This document shows, in pieces, positions 16,271 through 24,973 of a stretch of DNA of 64,000 nucleotides. This DNA is from an uncultured Prevotellaceae bacterium (GTDB lineage: Bacteria; Bacteroidota; Bacteroidia; Bacteroidales; Bacteroidaceae). A model generated the notes under the pieces. It did no database searches. It was not told the DNA's origin and worked only from the letters and a program-made list of their open reading frames with translations. The stretch's first letter is position 1, and every line of letters begins with the position of its first letter. Both the position numbers and the translations under genes were made by a program. The DNA is taken from contig CACXYH010000004.1 in the NCBI GenBank assembly GCA_902771785.1, positions 5,849-69,848 on the forward strand. Reading direction: 5' to 3'.

Positions 16271-17395
16271 TTAATCCATCCTGCTTCGGTAATCTTCGTA
16301 CCCAAAACGGCGCAAAACCTCAAGTTTTCCATCGGAATGAAGCATGCCGATGGCAGGATGAGTGATGCCGTTGAACATGCAAGTCTTCACGGTCGTGTAG
16401 TGGATCATGTCCTCGAATATTACTTCCTCCCCTACCCTCAGTTCGTGGTCAAAGCGCCAATAGCCCATGAAGTCGCCGCTCAAGCAGCTGTTGCCTCCCA
16501 AACGATAGACGTATTGAGTGCCGGCAGCCGGCACATCGCCGTCGAGGGTCTCTGCTCCTCTGACGTCAGGATGATAGGGCATCTCAAGACAGTCGGGCAT
16601 GTGACAGGTGAAGCTGACGTCGAGTATTGCCGTCGTGATGCCTTTATCCTCCACAACATCTACCACATGGCTCACCAGCGGCCCCGTCTGCCAGGCGAAC
16701 GCGCTTCCTGGCTCAAGGATAATCTTCAGCCAAGGATAGCGCTGGTGCAGTCCCTTTATTATATTAATAAGGTGTGCAACGTCGTAGTCCTTGCGCGTCA
16801 TGAGGTGGCCGCCACCCAGATTGAGCCACTTCAGCTGGGGGAACCACTTGGAAAACTTGCCCTCGATGTGCACCAGCGTCCGTTCGAGCACGTCGGCACC
16901 ACTCTCACAATGGCAATGGCAATGAAATCCCTCGACGTCGGCAGGCAACTGTTCGGGCAGCTTATCGGCCGTAATGCCGAAACGAGTGCCTGAAGCGCAA
17001 GGGTTGTAAAGCAACGTTCCTACTTCGGAATACTCCGGATTGACGCGCAGGCCAATCGACACGCCTTGGGCTCTTTGATGGAAACGCTCATACTGCGACA
17101 GCGAGTTGAACGTGAGATGCGACGAGCAACTGACTATTTCGTCGAACTCGTCGTCGGTATAGGCCGGCGAAAAGGTGTGGGCCGGGGCGCCAAACTCCTC
17201 GACCGCAAGGCGTGCCTCGCTGAGCGAGCTGGCTGTCGTGCTGCCGATATACTCCCGAAAGATGGGGAAGGTCTTCCACAAAGCGAAAGCCTTGAATGCC
17301 AAGATGATTTCAGCATCGGCCTGGCGTGCCACGTCGGCAATCAGTTGCAGATTGCGCCGCAGCCGCGTCTCTTCTATAATATAAATAGGTGTCAA
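16271..17395 (-). CDS. nspC: Carboxynorspermidine/carboxyspermidine decarboxylase
   Basis: 374 aa. N-terminus TPIYIIEETRLRRNLQLI..ILAFKAFA, and the WLNLGGGH and GNSCLSGD motifs of the NspC branch of fold-III PLP decarboxylases. Confidence 0.8.
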   Translation of the reverse strand: MTPIYIIEETRLRRNLQLIADVARQADAEIILAFKAFALWKTFPIFREYIGSTTASSLSEARLAVEEFGAPAHTFSPAYTDDEFDEIVSCSSHLTFNSLSQYERFHQRAQGVSIGLRVNPEYSEVGTLLYNPCASGTRFGITADKLPEQLPADVEGFHCHCHCESGADVLERTLVHIEGKFSKWFPQLKWLNLGGGHLMTRKDYDVAHLINIIKGLHQRYPWLKIILEPGSAFAWQTGPLVSHVVDVVEDKGITTAILDVSFTCHMPDCLEMPYHPDVRGAETLDGDVPAAGTQYVYRLGGNSCLSGDFMGYWRFDHELRVGEEVIFEDMIHYTTVKTCMFNGITHPAIGMLHSDGKLEVLRRFGYEDYRSRMD

Positions 17396-17415
17396 GGGAA
17401 TGCAGTAGATGAAGA

Positions 17416-18090
17416 TTAATAAATGCGGGGACCGAAGATGCGGGTGCCGATGCGAACCATCGTAGAGCGATGCTGCTGAGCAATGCGATAATCGTCGCTC
17501 ATGCCCCAGGAGCGCTCGCAGAAGTCGGGGTCATCGGCAAAGTAGCGTGCCTTCACTTCATCGAAGAAGTCGGCTGCCGTCTGGAACTCACGTGCTATTT
17601 GCGCCTCGTCGTCGGTATTTGAGGCCATCATCATGAGTCCGCACATCCTGACGTGCTTCAGCTCTCGCCAAGCTCCGTCGGCCAGCAGTTGCCGGCAGTC
17701 GTCGAGCGTCAGGCCGTATTTTGTTGCCTCTTCGGCAAGATGAAGTTCGAGCAGGACCTTGATGACGCGGTTGCAGCGTGCCGCCTGCTTGTCGATTTCG
17801 CGCAGCAGCTTCAGCGAGTCTACCGCCTCGACCATCGAGATGTAAGGAGCAATATACTTCACCTTGTTGGTCTGCAGATGACCGATGAAATGCCACTCGA
17901 TGTCCTTCGGCAGCGCCTCGTGCTTCTGCCGTATTTCCTGCTCATGGCTTTCCCCAAATATGCGCTGGCCTTCCTCGTAGGCAGCCATCACATATTCGGT
18001 AGGGTGATACTTGCTGATGGCAACGAGGCGCACGCCTTCCTTCAGGTCGGCGAGCACCTCGTGCAGGTTTTTCTTGACGTCGTAGTCCAT
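17416..18090 (-). CDS. yggS: YggS-family pyridoxal-phosphate homeostasis protein
   Basis: 224 aa with VAISKYHP (PLP lysine context), WHFIGHLQTNKVKYI and a C-terminal VRIGTRIFG. Confidence 0.85.
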   Translation of the reverse strand: MDYDVKKNLHEVLADLKEGVRLVAISKYHPTEYVMAAYEEGQRIFGESHEQEIRQKHEALPKDIEWHFIGHLQTNKVKYIAPYISMVEAVDSLKLLREIDKQAARCNRVIKVLLELHLAEEATKYGLTLDDCRQLLADGAWRELKHVRMCGLMMMASNTDDEAQIAREFQTAADFFDEVKARYFADDPDFCERSWGMSDDYRIAQQHRSTMVRIGTRIFGPRIY

Positions 18091-18092
18091 TT

Positions 18093-18572
18093 CTATCCTT
18101 CAAATTCGGGCTTCTGTTCCACCTCTTTCTTCTTGTATTCGAAGACGTCCATCAGCGTGGTCTCGCTGACCGAGGCAATGACGTAGTCAATCATCGTGCC
18201 GCCCATCACCTCGTCGATGTTCTTCACAGCGCCGTTCAGCGATCCGGCCTGCACCAGATAGTTGACGTTGGAGCGCTTCTCCTTCTCGGTCTTCTCGTCG
18301 ATGGTGATAAACTGCAGCTTTGCCTTATACCAGCGGTCGGCGGTTTCCTCATCGCTGAAGAACACCTCCTTGTATGATGCCTTCTTGATGTCGGCCACGT
18401 CGAACGCGCCGCTAATGTAGCTCGACATCTCCTCCATGATGCGCTGTTCGGCCTCTGTGAAGCTCAACGCGTCGACCACATAGTTTTCCTTTACTTTCTT
18501 CTGCATGCCGTCTTCCATGATTTTCTCATAGGCGATGCGGCATTCAAACCAATTAGCTGTTCTACTTCTCAT
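18093..18572 (-). CDS. DUF4494-like conserved protein
   Basis: 159 aa. The N-terminus NWFECRIAYEKIMEDGMQKKVKENYVVDALSFTEAE resembles the Bacteroidota DUF4494 family from memory. Tightly packed with yggS (2-nt gap). Confidence 0.55.
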   Translation of the reverse strand: MRSRTANWFECRIAYEKIMEDGMQKKVKENYVVDALSFTEAEQRIMEEMSSYISGAFDVADIKKASYKEVFFSDEETADRWYKAKLQFITIDEKTEKEKRSNVNYLVQAGSLNGAVKNIDEVMGGTMIDYVIASVSETTLMDVFEYKKKEVEQKPEFEG

Positions 18573-18589
18573 TGTGTATTTACGTATTT

Positions 18590-19894
18590 TTATTCCTTAT
18601 TCTTATTTTTATCCGACGGTTTGATGGGTTCGTCTTCCTCCTCGTCGCCGCCGCGCTGAACGCCATAGCCCATGTTGATTTCCTTCTTCAGCCGGTTGCT
18701 GATGGTCTCAATGATCTCCGAGGCAATGCGCTGGCTCTTCTCGTTGCTCAGGTCGGCTTCCTCGCCCAGTTCCACCTGAATCTTCACCAGCTCCTCGTTC
18801 ATCTCGCGGCTGATGTCCATAAACTTCTGCTGGCTCTTCTGCAGGTTCTCCTTGTTATACACCTTTGCAAGTATGCGCTCAGCCTCCTTCGTGTAGCGTT
18901 TGCGGAATATCTGCTCGGCCTTGGCCTTATATTCGGCCATCTCCCTCTCCTTCTCCGGCGTCATTTCGTTGCCCAAAGAGTCGGTGGGAACCAGTCCCAG
19001 CTCCGACTCCAAGTCGAAACTCTCGTCGTAGGGGTCGACTTCATTCTTCTGGATGCCCGACTCGATGTAGTCCATGTCGGTAGGCTGCGGCCTCATGTCG
19101 AAATAGACGAAGACGCCCGCCACCGCCAGCAAGATGACTATAATCGTCCAAAGGGCCACTTTGAAGAAGCTGCGCTTGTGCTTCAGCGAAGCCATCATGC
19201 TGCTCACGTTGTAATAGCGCTTGTCCGGGTTTTCGCTGGTGGCCTTCTTCAGCACCTGCTTATAGTGCAGGGGCATCTCCATCTGGTCGAAGAGACACTC
19301 CATGAACTTTGCCAGGCCGTAGACATCGCTGCGCTCGTCGGCCTCTCCGCCTTCCCTCAGCTCGGGGGCAATGAAGTCCTCGAGCCCTTCGTAGAAGCCA
19401 TCCATGTCGCCCACGTTCTGATAGAAAGAGCCGTGCGTCAGCAGCAGCGGCGTGTTGTCGTTCTTGCGGGCGAACACCATCTGGGGAGCATAGCATATCT
19501 GATAGACGCCTTCTTCATTGAGCCGCTTGGTGACGTCGACCAGCTTTCGCATCGTCTCTTCAACGAAATCCTTGCCGGCAACGACCGCCGGGTTCTGCTC
19601 CATGAGCTGCGAGAAGGTCTGATAGTTGCCGCTCTCTATTTCTATGGCATAGATGCCGCCGCTGTCTTCCTTCGTCACGTAGCGCAGCTGGTAGTTGCTG
19701 TTCAGCCTGTTGCTCAGTTCGCAGTCTTGCTTCAGCCGCTCACAGAACACGATGTTGTCGGTCAGGTCCTGCTTCAGCTCGATGATGTTCCTGTATTTCT
19801 TCTCTATCAGTTTCTTGTAGAACATGCCCAGCGGCAGCTCAGTCTTGTGAGTTGCCACGCCTTCGCGCGTGTTCAGCATTTCTTCGTAATTCAT
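18590..19894 (-). CDS. Membrane-anchored protein with degenerate protein-kinase-like N-domain and coiled-coil C-terminal region
   Basis: ORF 18590..19963 trimmed to MNYEEMLNTR (ATG complement 19892-19894), which lies downstream of a -7 element. It has kinase subdomain VIII-XI-like motifs FIAPELREGGEADERSDVYGLAKFMECLF and ENPDKRY, a TM helix VALWTIIVILLAVAGVFVYF and a K/E-rich tail. Confidence 0.7.
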   Translation of the reverse strand: MNYEEMLNTREGVATHKTELPLGMFYKKLIEKKYRNIIELKQDLTDNIVFCERLKQDCELSNRLNSNYQLRYVTKEDSGGIYAIEIESGNYQTFSQLMEQNPAVVAGKDFVEETMRKLVDVTKRLNEEGVYQICYAPQMVFARKNDNTPLLLTHGSFYQNVGDMDGFYEGLEDFIAPELREGGEADERSDVYGLAKFMECLFDQMEMPLHYKQVLKKATSENPDKRYYNVSSMMASLKHKRSFFKVALWTIIVILLAVAGVFVYFDMRPQPTDMDYIESGIQKNEVDPYDESFDLESELGLVPTDSLGNEMTPEKEREMAEYKAKAEQIFRKRYTKEAERILAKVYNKENLQKSQQKFMDISREMNEELVKIQVELGEEADLSNEKSQRIASEIIETISNRLKKEINMGYGVQRGGDEEEDEPIKPSDKNKNKE

Positions 19895-19917
19895 CTCAAA
19901 TAGTCGTTTTGCTCGCG

Positions 19918-19925
19918 CAAAATTA
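19918..19925 (-). promoter_or_regulatory. -7 promoter element (TAATTTTG)
   Basis: Plus-strand CAAAATTA, 24 nt upstream of the ATG at 19894. Confidence 0.45.
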
Positions 19926-19990
19926 CGCATTATTTCTGAAACATGCAAATTTTGATGGCACATAAGGGCCCTAAATCGGAAATTATTTCG

Positions 19991-19998
19991 TAACTTTG
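19991..19998 (+). promoter_or_regulatory. -7 promoter element (TAACTTTG) for glyA
   Basis: TAACTTTG lies 49 nt upstream of the ATG at 20047. Confidence 0.5.
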
Positions 19999-20046
19999 CA
20001 CCGTTTTAGCAAAAAGGACAGTACAACCAACAAACATAAAAACAAA

Positions 20047-21327
20047 ATGAAGAAGGACAACACCGTATTCGAGTTGATTGAGAAAGAGCATCAGCGCCAG
20101 CTGAAAGGCATCGAGCTGATTGCCAGTGAGAACTTTGTCAGCGACCAGGTCATGCAGGCTATGGGGTCGTATCTGACCAACAAGTATGCCGAAGGCTATC
20201 CTGGCCACCGCTATTATGGCGGCTGCCAGGTGGTGGACGAGGTAGAGACACTGGCCATCGAGCGCGTCTGCAAGCTGTTCGATGCCGAGTATGCCAACGT
20301 GCAGCCCCACTCCGGAGCACAGGCCAATGCTGCCGTGCTGCTGGCTGTGCTGCAGCCGGGCGACACGTTCATGGGTCTGAACCTGGCCCACGGCGGACAC
20401 CTCTCTCACGGTTCGCTCGTCAACACCAGCGGCATTCTCTACAAGCCCGTAGGCTATAACCTCAACAAGGAGACGGGACGCGTCGACTACGACGAGATGG
20501 AGCAGCTTGCCCTGGAGCACAAGCCCAAGCTCATCATCGGCGGCGGATCGGCCTACAGCCGCGAATGGGACTACAAGCGCATGCGCGAAATTGCCGACAA
20601 GGTGGGTGCCCTGCTCATGATAGACATGGCACACCCGGCTGGTCTTATTGCTGCCGGATTGCTCGACAACCCCGTGAAGTGGGCCCACATCGTAACCTCG
20701 ACCACCCACAAGACGCTGCGCGGTCCGCGCGGAGGCATCATCCTGATGGGTAAGGACTTCGAGAACCCCTGGGGCATGAAGACTCCGAAGGGACAGGTGA
20801 AGATGATGTCGCAGCTGCTCAACTCGGCTGTGTTCCCCGGACAGCAGGGCGGACCGCTGGAGCACGTGATTGCAGCCAAGGCCGTTGCCTTCGGCGAAGC
20901 ACTGCAGCCCGAATTCAAGGAGTGGGCCAAGCAGGTGCAGAAGAACGCCAAGGTGCTGTCGGAGGAGCTCATCAAGCGCGGCTTTGCCATTGTCAGCGGC
21001 GGCACAGACAACCACTCGATGCTGGTCGACCTGCGCACGAAGTATCCCGAGCTGACTGGCAAGGTGGCCGAGAACGCCCTGGTAGCAGCCGATATCACGG
21101 TGAACAAGAACATGGTGCCCTTCGACACGCGCTCTGCCTTCCAGACCAGCGGCATCCGTCTGGGCACGCCGGCCATCACCACCCGCGGTGCCAAGGAAGA
21201 CCTGATGGTGCAGATTGCAGCATGGATCGAGGAGGTGCTGAACGCTCCCGAGGACGAACAGGTCATTGCATCGGTTCGTGCACGCGTCAATGAGAAGATG
21301 AAGGAATATCCGCTCTTCGCCTACTAA
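20047..21327 (+). CDS. glyA: Serine hydroxymethyltransferase
   Basis: ORF 19996..21327 trimmed to [18 protein letters not shown]. Motifs ELIASENF and [14 protein letters not shown] (PLP lysine). 426 aa. Confidence 0.95.
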   Translation: MKKDNTVFELIEKEHQRQLKGIELIASENFVSDQVMQAMGSYLTNKYAEGYPGHRYYGGCQVVDEVETLAIERVCKLFDAEYANVQPHSGAQANAAVLLAVLQPGDTFMGLNLAHGGHLSHGSLVNTSGILYKPVGYNLNKETGRVDYDEMEQLALEHKPKLIIGGGSAYSREWDYKRMREIADKVGALLMIDMAHPAGLIAAGLLDNPVKWAHIVTSTTHKTLRGPRGGIILMGKDFENPWGMKTPKGQVKMMSQLLNSAVFPGQQGGPLEHVIAAKAVAFGEALQPEFKEWAKQVQKNAKVLSEELIKRGFAIVSGGTDNHSMLVDLRTKYPELTGKVAENALVAADITVNKNMVPFDTRSAFQTSGIRLGTPAITTRGAKEDLMVQIAAWIEEVLNAPEDEQVIASVRARVNEKMKEYPLFAY

Positions 21328-21358
21328 TTGACCCAACTGCCGCGAAAAGATTTTTTTT

Positions 21359-21405
21359 GTTTGTTTCTGAAACTACCTATATATATGGTAGTTTCAGAAA
21401 CAAAC
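21359..21405. repeat. Perfect 19-bp-arm palindrome centred on TATATATAT
   Basis: GTTTGTTTCTGAAACTACC (21359-21377) / GGTAGTTTCAGAAACAAAC (21387-21405). Preceded by a T8 run, 31 nt after the glyA stop. Confidence 0.9.
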
Positions 21406-21432
21406 GTTTAAATCGCCACCAAACTTATATAT

Positions 21433-21488
21433 TTTTGTTCGTTCGTTCATTCACCTATATATAGTGGTGAATGAACGAACGAACAAAA
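21433..21488. repeat. Perfect 23-bp-arm palindrome centred on TATATATAGT
   Basis: TTTTGTTCGTTCGTTCATTCACC (21433-21455) / GGTGAATGAACGAACGAACAAAA (21466-21488). The arms contain (GTTC)3. Confidence 0.9.
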
Positions 21489-21501
21489 CATTTAGAATGC
21501 C

Positions 21502-21633
21502 AAAGTGCCGCTTCAGCAGGGTCGAAGGGGAACTTCGCCTCACCCGAAGTGCCCCTTCGGCATGGTCAAAGTTCCCCTTCGGCATAGTCAAAGTGCCGCT
21601 TCGGCCCAGCCAAAGTTCCCCTTCGGCCAGACG
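21502..21633. repeat. 22-bp-phased repeat array A (6 units, 132 bp), AAAG-N5-CTTY family
   Basis: Units: AAAGTGCCGCTTCAGCAGGGTC, GAAGGGGAACTTCGCCTCACCC, GAAGTGCCCCTTCGGCATGGTC, AAAGTTCCCCTTCGGCATAGTC, AAAGTGCCGCTTCGGCCCAGCC, AAAGTTCCCCTTCGGCCAGACG. The array ends 8 nt before the MFS gene stop. Confidence 0.9.
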
Positions 21634-21640
21634 ACAAAGG

Positions 21641-22798
21641 TCAGCGGTTCCTGTTCTTCAGGAACCAGGGATGAAGGAAGAAGTGGTAGCACAAAAGCAG
21701 AACAGCAAACAGTGCCAACACCACATGCAGGCGCTGTTCTGCGCTCTCGGTCATGGCGTAGCCAAGACCCAGGCCAAAGGCAATGCCGCCTTCCCACGCC
21801 AGCATAAACGTGCTCTGCGACGTGCCGCGCTGACAATGGCGGCTCAGCTTGATGAAAAAGAGCAGGAAGCGCGAGCCCACAAGCCCTAAGCCCAGGCCCA
21901 GCAGGGGCGAGAGCAACGGCGAATGGGGAGCCGCTATCATGATAAGCACCGAGGCCAGCATGAGCAACAGGCCGCTCAGCACCTCGCTCTCCAGCTCGGC
22001 ATCGCGAAACACGAAGCGCTGGGCCAGCAGCGCCAGCAGAAAGCCCACCATGAGCAGCGCATAGAACGAGGCGTCGAGGGGCTGCGACAGCAGCATGCCG
22101 ACACCTATCGTGATGAGCAACAGGCAGAAGAACAACGGCAGGCCATGGGCCAGCAGAAAACGGTCGAGGCTCACGGGACGTACATCGTCGCCCGGTACCC
22201 TGAACGGGAAGCGGACCAGCATGATGAGCACGGCCGAGGCCACCGCACAACCGGCCGCCACCAGCGACACGAGACGGAAGCCTGACAGCTCGTAGAGCAG
22301 CAATCCAGCCATCGGACCAATGGAAAGGGCGAAGCGCCCGAACCACGTAGCCGAATGATTGGCCTCGGTCCGGCGGCCCGACTCGCAGGTATCTATAATG
22401 AGCGTCGACGTCAGCACCATCTGCGACAAGCCGAAGCAGGCGCCTTGCACCAGTCGCAGCAGGCAAATCCACCCGTAGGAAAGCATCCGGCACGGCTCCC
22501 ACAGACAGAGCACCAGCGAGACGGCCAACGCCACGATAGCCACAAGGCAAACCACGTTGCGGCGATAGCGCTGCACCAGATAGGAACAGAAGCAGCCCGG
22601 AACAAAAAGTCCGAGCCCGAAACACGACATGGCAACAGCAACCTCAGCCTCCGACAGCCCTTCGGTATAAAGCATCCAAAGGGGCATCGTAGGCAAGAGG
22701 ATGGTGGTCGATACAGAGAGTAGCAGATTGGCTACAGCCATTAGCCAGAACGCCCTGTTCCACAGGCCAATATGAACCGTGGTGTTTTGAGTATTCAC
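21641..22798 (-). CDS. MFS transporter
   Basis: 385 aa with about 12 predicted TM helices, an N-terminus WNRAFWLMAVANLLLSVSTTILLPTMPLWM and short basic inter-helix loops typical of MFS. The alternative-frame ORF 21588..22625 is rejected. Confidence 0.75.
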   Translation of the reverse strand: MNTQNTTVHIGLWNRAFWLMAVANLLLSVSTTILLPTMPLWMLYTEGLSEAEVAVAMSCFGLGLFVPGCFCSYLVQRYRRNVVCLVAIVALAVSLVLCLWEPCRMLSYGWICLLRLVQGACFGLSQMVLTSTLIIDTCESGRRTEANHSATWFGRFALSIGPMAGLLLYELSGFRLVSLVAAGCAVASAVLIMLVRFPFRVPGDDVRPVSLDRFLLAHGLPLFFCLLLITIGVGMLLSQPLDASFYALLMVGFLLALLAQRFVFRDAELESEVLSGLLLMLASVLIMIAAPHSPLLSPLLGLGLGLVGSRFLLFFIKLSRHCQRGTSQSTFMLAWEGGIAFGLGLGYAMTESAEQRLHVVLALFAVLLLCYHFFLHPWFLKNRNR

Positions 22799-22803
22799 AA
22801 CGC

Positions 22804-23625
22804 TTAGTACGACTCTTGTTCGTTAGGGAAGTCGCCGCTCTTGACGTCGGTGACGTACTGTCCGATGGCATCGGTCATGACGCTGTTCAAGTCGGCATAG
22901 CGACGCAGGAAGCGGGGCGAGAAGCCCTGGGTCATGCCCAGCATGTCGGCCACAACCAGGATTTGTCCGTCGCAATGATTGCCGGCACCGATGCCGATGG
23001 TGGGAACGCTGATTTCTTCGGACACGCGTGCAGCCAGCGCAGCAGGCACTTTCTCCAACGTAATGGCAAAGCAGCCGGCCTCTGCCAGCAGGTGGGCATC
23101 GCGCAGAAGTTTCTCGGCTTCTCTATCTTCCTTCGCGCGCACGGCGTAGGTACCGAACTTATTTATGCTCTGCGGCGTCAGTCCGAGGTGACCCATCACG
23201 GGAATGCCCGCATCGAGAATAGCCTTGACGGTGTCGAGAATTTCCTCGCCGCCCTCCATTTTCAGGGCGTCGCAGCCGCTCTCCTTCATAATGCGGATAG
23301 CATTCGACACGCCATCGTGCACACCAGTCTGGTAGCTGCCGAAGGGCATATCGCACACCACCAAGGCGCGCTTCACGGCATTCACCACCGAACGGGCGTG
23401 GTAAATCATCTGGTCGACGGTCATGGGAAGCGTAGTAGAGTTTCCCACCATCACGTTCGAGGCCGAATCGCCAATAAGAATGCCGTCGATACCGGCCTTG
23501 TCGACGATGCCTGCCGTAGTGAAATCATAGGAAGTGAGCATCGAGATTTTCTCGCCTTTCTGTTTCATCTCGATGAAGCGATGGGTAGTCACCTTGCGGG
23601 TGTCTGATACTAAATATCCTGCCAT
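22804..23625 (-). CDS. panB: 3-methyl-2-oxobutanoate hydroxymethyltransferase
   Basis: 273 aa with [29 protein letters not shown] and GHLGLTPQS motifs. Confidence 0.9.
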   Translation of the reverse strand: MAGYLVSDTRKVTTHRFIEMKQKGEKISMLTSYDFTTAGIVDKAGIDGILIGDSASNVMVGNSTTLPMTVDQMIYHARSVVNAVKRALVVCDMPFGSYQTGVHDGVSNAIRIMKESGCDALKMEGGEEILDTVKAILDAGIPVMGHLGLTPQSINKFGTYAVRAKEDREAEKLLRDAHLLAEAGCFAITLEKVPAALAARVSEEISVPTIGIGAGNHCDGQILVVADMLGMTQGFSPRFLRRYADLNSVMTDAIGQYVTDVKSGDFPNEQESY

Positions 23626-24263
23626 AATCTTTTTAATGTATTAAAGTCAATATGCTTATAATCGTCTATCTGACAGTCAGAGAGACTTTCTATCGTTTCC
23701 TTGCTGTTGGTAGTGGTCAGCCCGACCACGAACATCTTTGCCGAGCGGCCGGAACGCAGTCCGTTCAGGCTATCCTCGAAGACGACGCACTCCTGCGGAG
23801 CGGCCCCGAAACGGGCGGCAGCACGCAGATAGCAGTCGGGCGACGGTTTGCTTTCGGCAAAGTCTTCGCTGGTAAGGATGGCATCGAACAACGACTTGAA
23901 CTCGGGGCGCTTGCGGTAAACGCTCTCCATCTTTGGCACGTTCGAGCTCGTCACCACAGCCGTCTTCACGCCGTTGGCATGCAGGCTGGCAATGAAGGCC
24001 TCGAAGCCGCTGATGTAATCATAGTGCATGTTGCGCTCGAAGTCGTTCAGCCGGGCGGTAATCAACTCGCGCTCAGGCTCGAGTTCGCCACTGAACCAGC
24101 GGTCGTAGATCTGCGTCAGCGTGGAGCCTTTGATCTCGTACTCCAGTCCGGGATGCTCAGGATGGTATTTCCGACATTGCTCGCCCCAGAACACGGTGTA
24201 CTGCGACTCGGTCTCAAAGACCACTCCATCGAGGTCGAAAAGTGCTGCCTTCAGTTGTTTCAT
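23610..24263 (-). CDS. HAD-superfamily hydrolase (beta-phosphoglucomutase-like subfamily IA)
   Basis: DxDG motif [18 protein letters not shown] (motif II) and [11 protein letters not shown] (motif IV). Overlaps the panB start by 16 nt. Confidence 0.8.
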   Translation of the reverse strand: MKQLKAALFDLDGVVFETESQYTVFWGEQCRKYHPEHPGLEYEIKGSTLTQIYDRWFSGELEPERELITARLNDFERNMHYDYISGFEAFIASLHANGVKTAVVTSSNVPKMESVYRKRPEFKSLFDAILTSEDFAESKPSPDCYLRAAARFGAAPQECVVFEDSLNGLRSGRSAKMFVVGLTTTNSKETIESLSDCQIDDYKHIDFNTLKRLWQDI

Positions 24264-24289
24264 GAAACTCTTATCTTAAAAAACGGGTG

Positions 24290-24297
24290 CAAAGGTA
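24290..24297 (-). promoter_or_regulatory. -7 promoter element (TACCTTTG) for the HAD-panB unit
   Basis: Plus-strand CAAAGGTA, 27 nt upstream of the ATG at 24263. Confidence 0.5.
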
Positions 24298-24339
24298 CTA
24301 CTTTTTTTGAATTTACTTGCCGTTTCGGGGATTTTTTTC

Positions 24340-24347
24340 TAACTTTG
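24340..24347 (+). promoter_or_regulatory. -7 promoter element (TAACTTTG) immediately upstream of rsmG
   Basis: The TAACTTTG motif ends 5 nt before the rsmG ATG (24353). Confidence 0.45.
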
Positions 24348-24352
24348 CACTC

Positions 24353-24973
24353 ATGAACATCATTAATGAATACTTTCCACGACTGAGCGAGCAACAGACA
24401 GCCCAGCTCGGCATGTTAGATGAACTATACCGCGAATGGAATGCGAAAATAAATGTGATTTCGCGCAAAGACATCGACAACCTCTATGAGCACCACGTGC
24501 TCCACTCCATGGCCATCGCCAAGGTGCTGAACTTCAAGCCCGGCACCGAGATACTCGACTTCGGCACCGGCGGCGGGTTCCCAGGCATTCCGCTGGCCAT
24601 CCTGTTCCCAGAGTGCCACTTCAAGCTCATTGACGGCACAGGAAAGAAAATACGCGTGGCCGAGGAAGTGTGCAAAGCCATCGGGCTGGAAAACTGCCAG
24701 CCTACCCACCTGCGCGGCGAGGAGGAGAAAGGCAAGTACGACTTTGTCGTGAGCAGGGCCGTCATGCCCCTACCCGACTTGGTGAAAATCGTCAAGAAGA
24801 ACATTTCCAAGACGCAACGCAACGCATTGCCCAACGGGGTGCTCTGCCTGAAAGGAGGCGACGTGCAGGAAGAGACAAGGCCCTTCCGTAACATCGTGCA
24901 AATCACGCATCTAAGCGACTATTTCAAAGAGCAATGGTTTAAGGAGAAACATTGCATCTACCTACCACTATGA
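24353..24973 (+). CDS. rsmG: 16S rRNA (guanine527-N7)-methyltransferase
   Basis: ORF 24317..24973 trimmed to MNIINEYFPRLSEQQTAQLGMLDELYREWNAKINVIS, an RsmG-type N-terminus. SAM-binding motif DFGTGGGFPGIPLAI. Confidence 0.85.
   Translation: MNIINEYFPRLSEQQTAQLGMLDELYREWNAKINVISRKDIDNLYEHHVLHSMAIAKVLNFKPGTEILDFGTGGGFPGIPLAILFPECHFKLIDGTGKKIRVAEEVCKAIGLENCQPTHLRGEEEKGKYDFVVSRAVMPLPDLVKIVKKNISKTQRNALPNGVLCLKGGDVQEETRPFRNIVQITHLSDYFKEQWFKEKHCIYLPL

Noticed and set aside
18572-21336. Antisense ORFs 18572..19903 (+, 443 aa) and 19930..21336 (-, 468 aa).
   Set aside because: They lie opposite the kinase-like gene and glyA respectively. Their composition is L/V/H/A/G-rich and repetitive. glyA carries its PLP-lysine motif and is certainly the real gene.
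21502-21633. CRISPR interpretation of the 22-bp arrays and of the 9796-9905 tandem repeat.
   Set aside because: The units abut directly with no unique spacers, they are far shorter than CRISPR repeat-plus-spacer periods, and there are no cas genes in the window.
21464-21889. ORFs reading through the 22-bp arrays (21464..21889, 21505..21807, 44407..44658, 54325..54551) as possible small repeat proteins.
   Set aside because: A 22-bp period shifts the frame every unit, so the 'repeats' in the peptides are the same DNA read in three frames. These ORFs also run antisense into neighbouring real genes.
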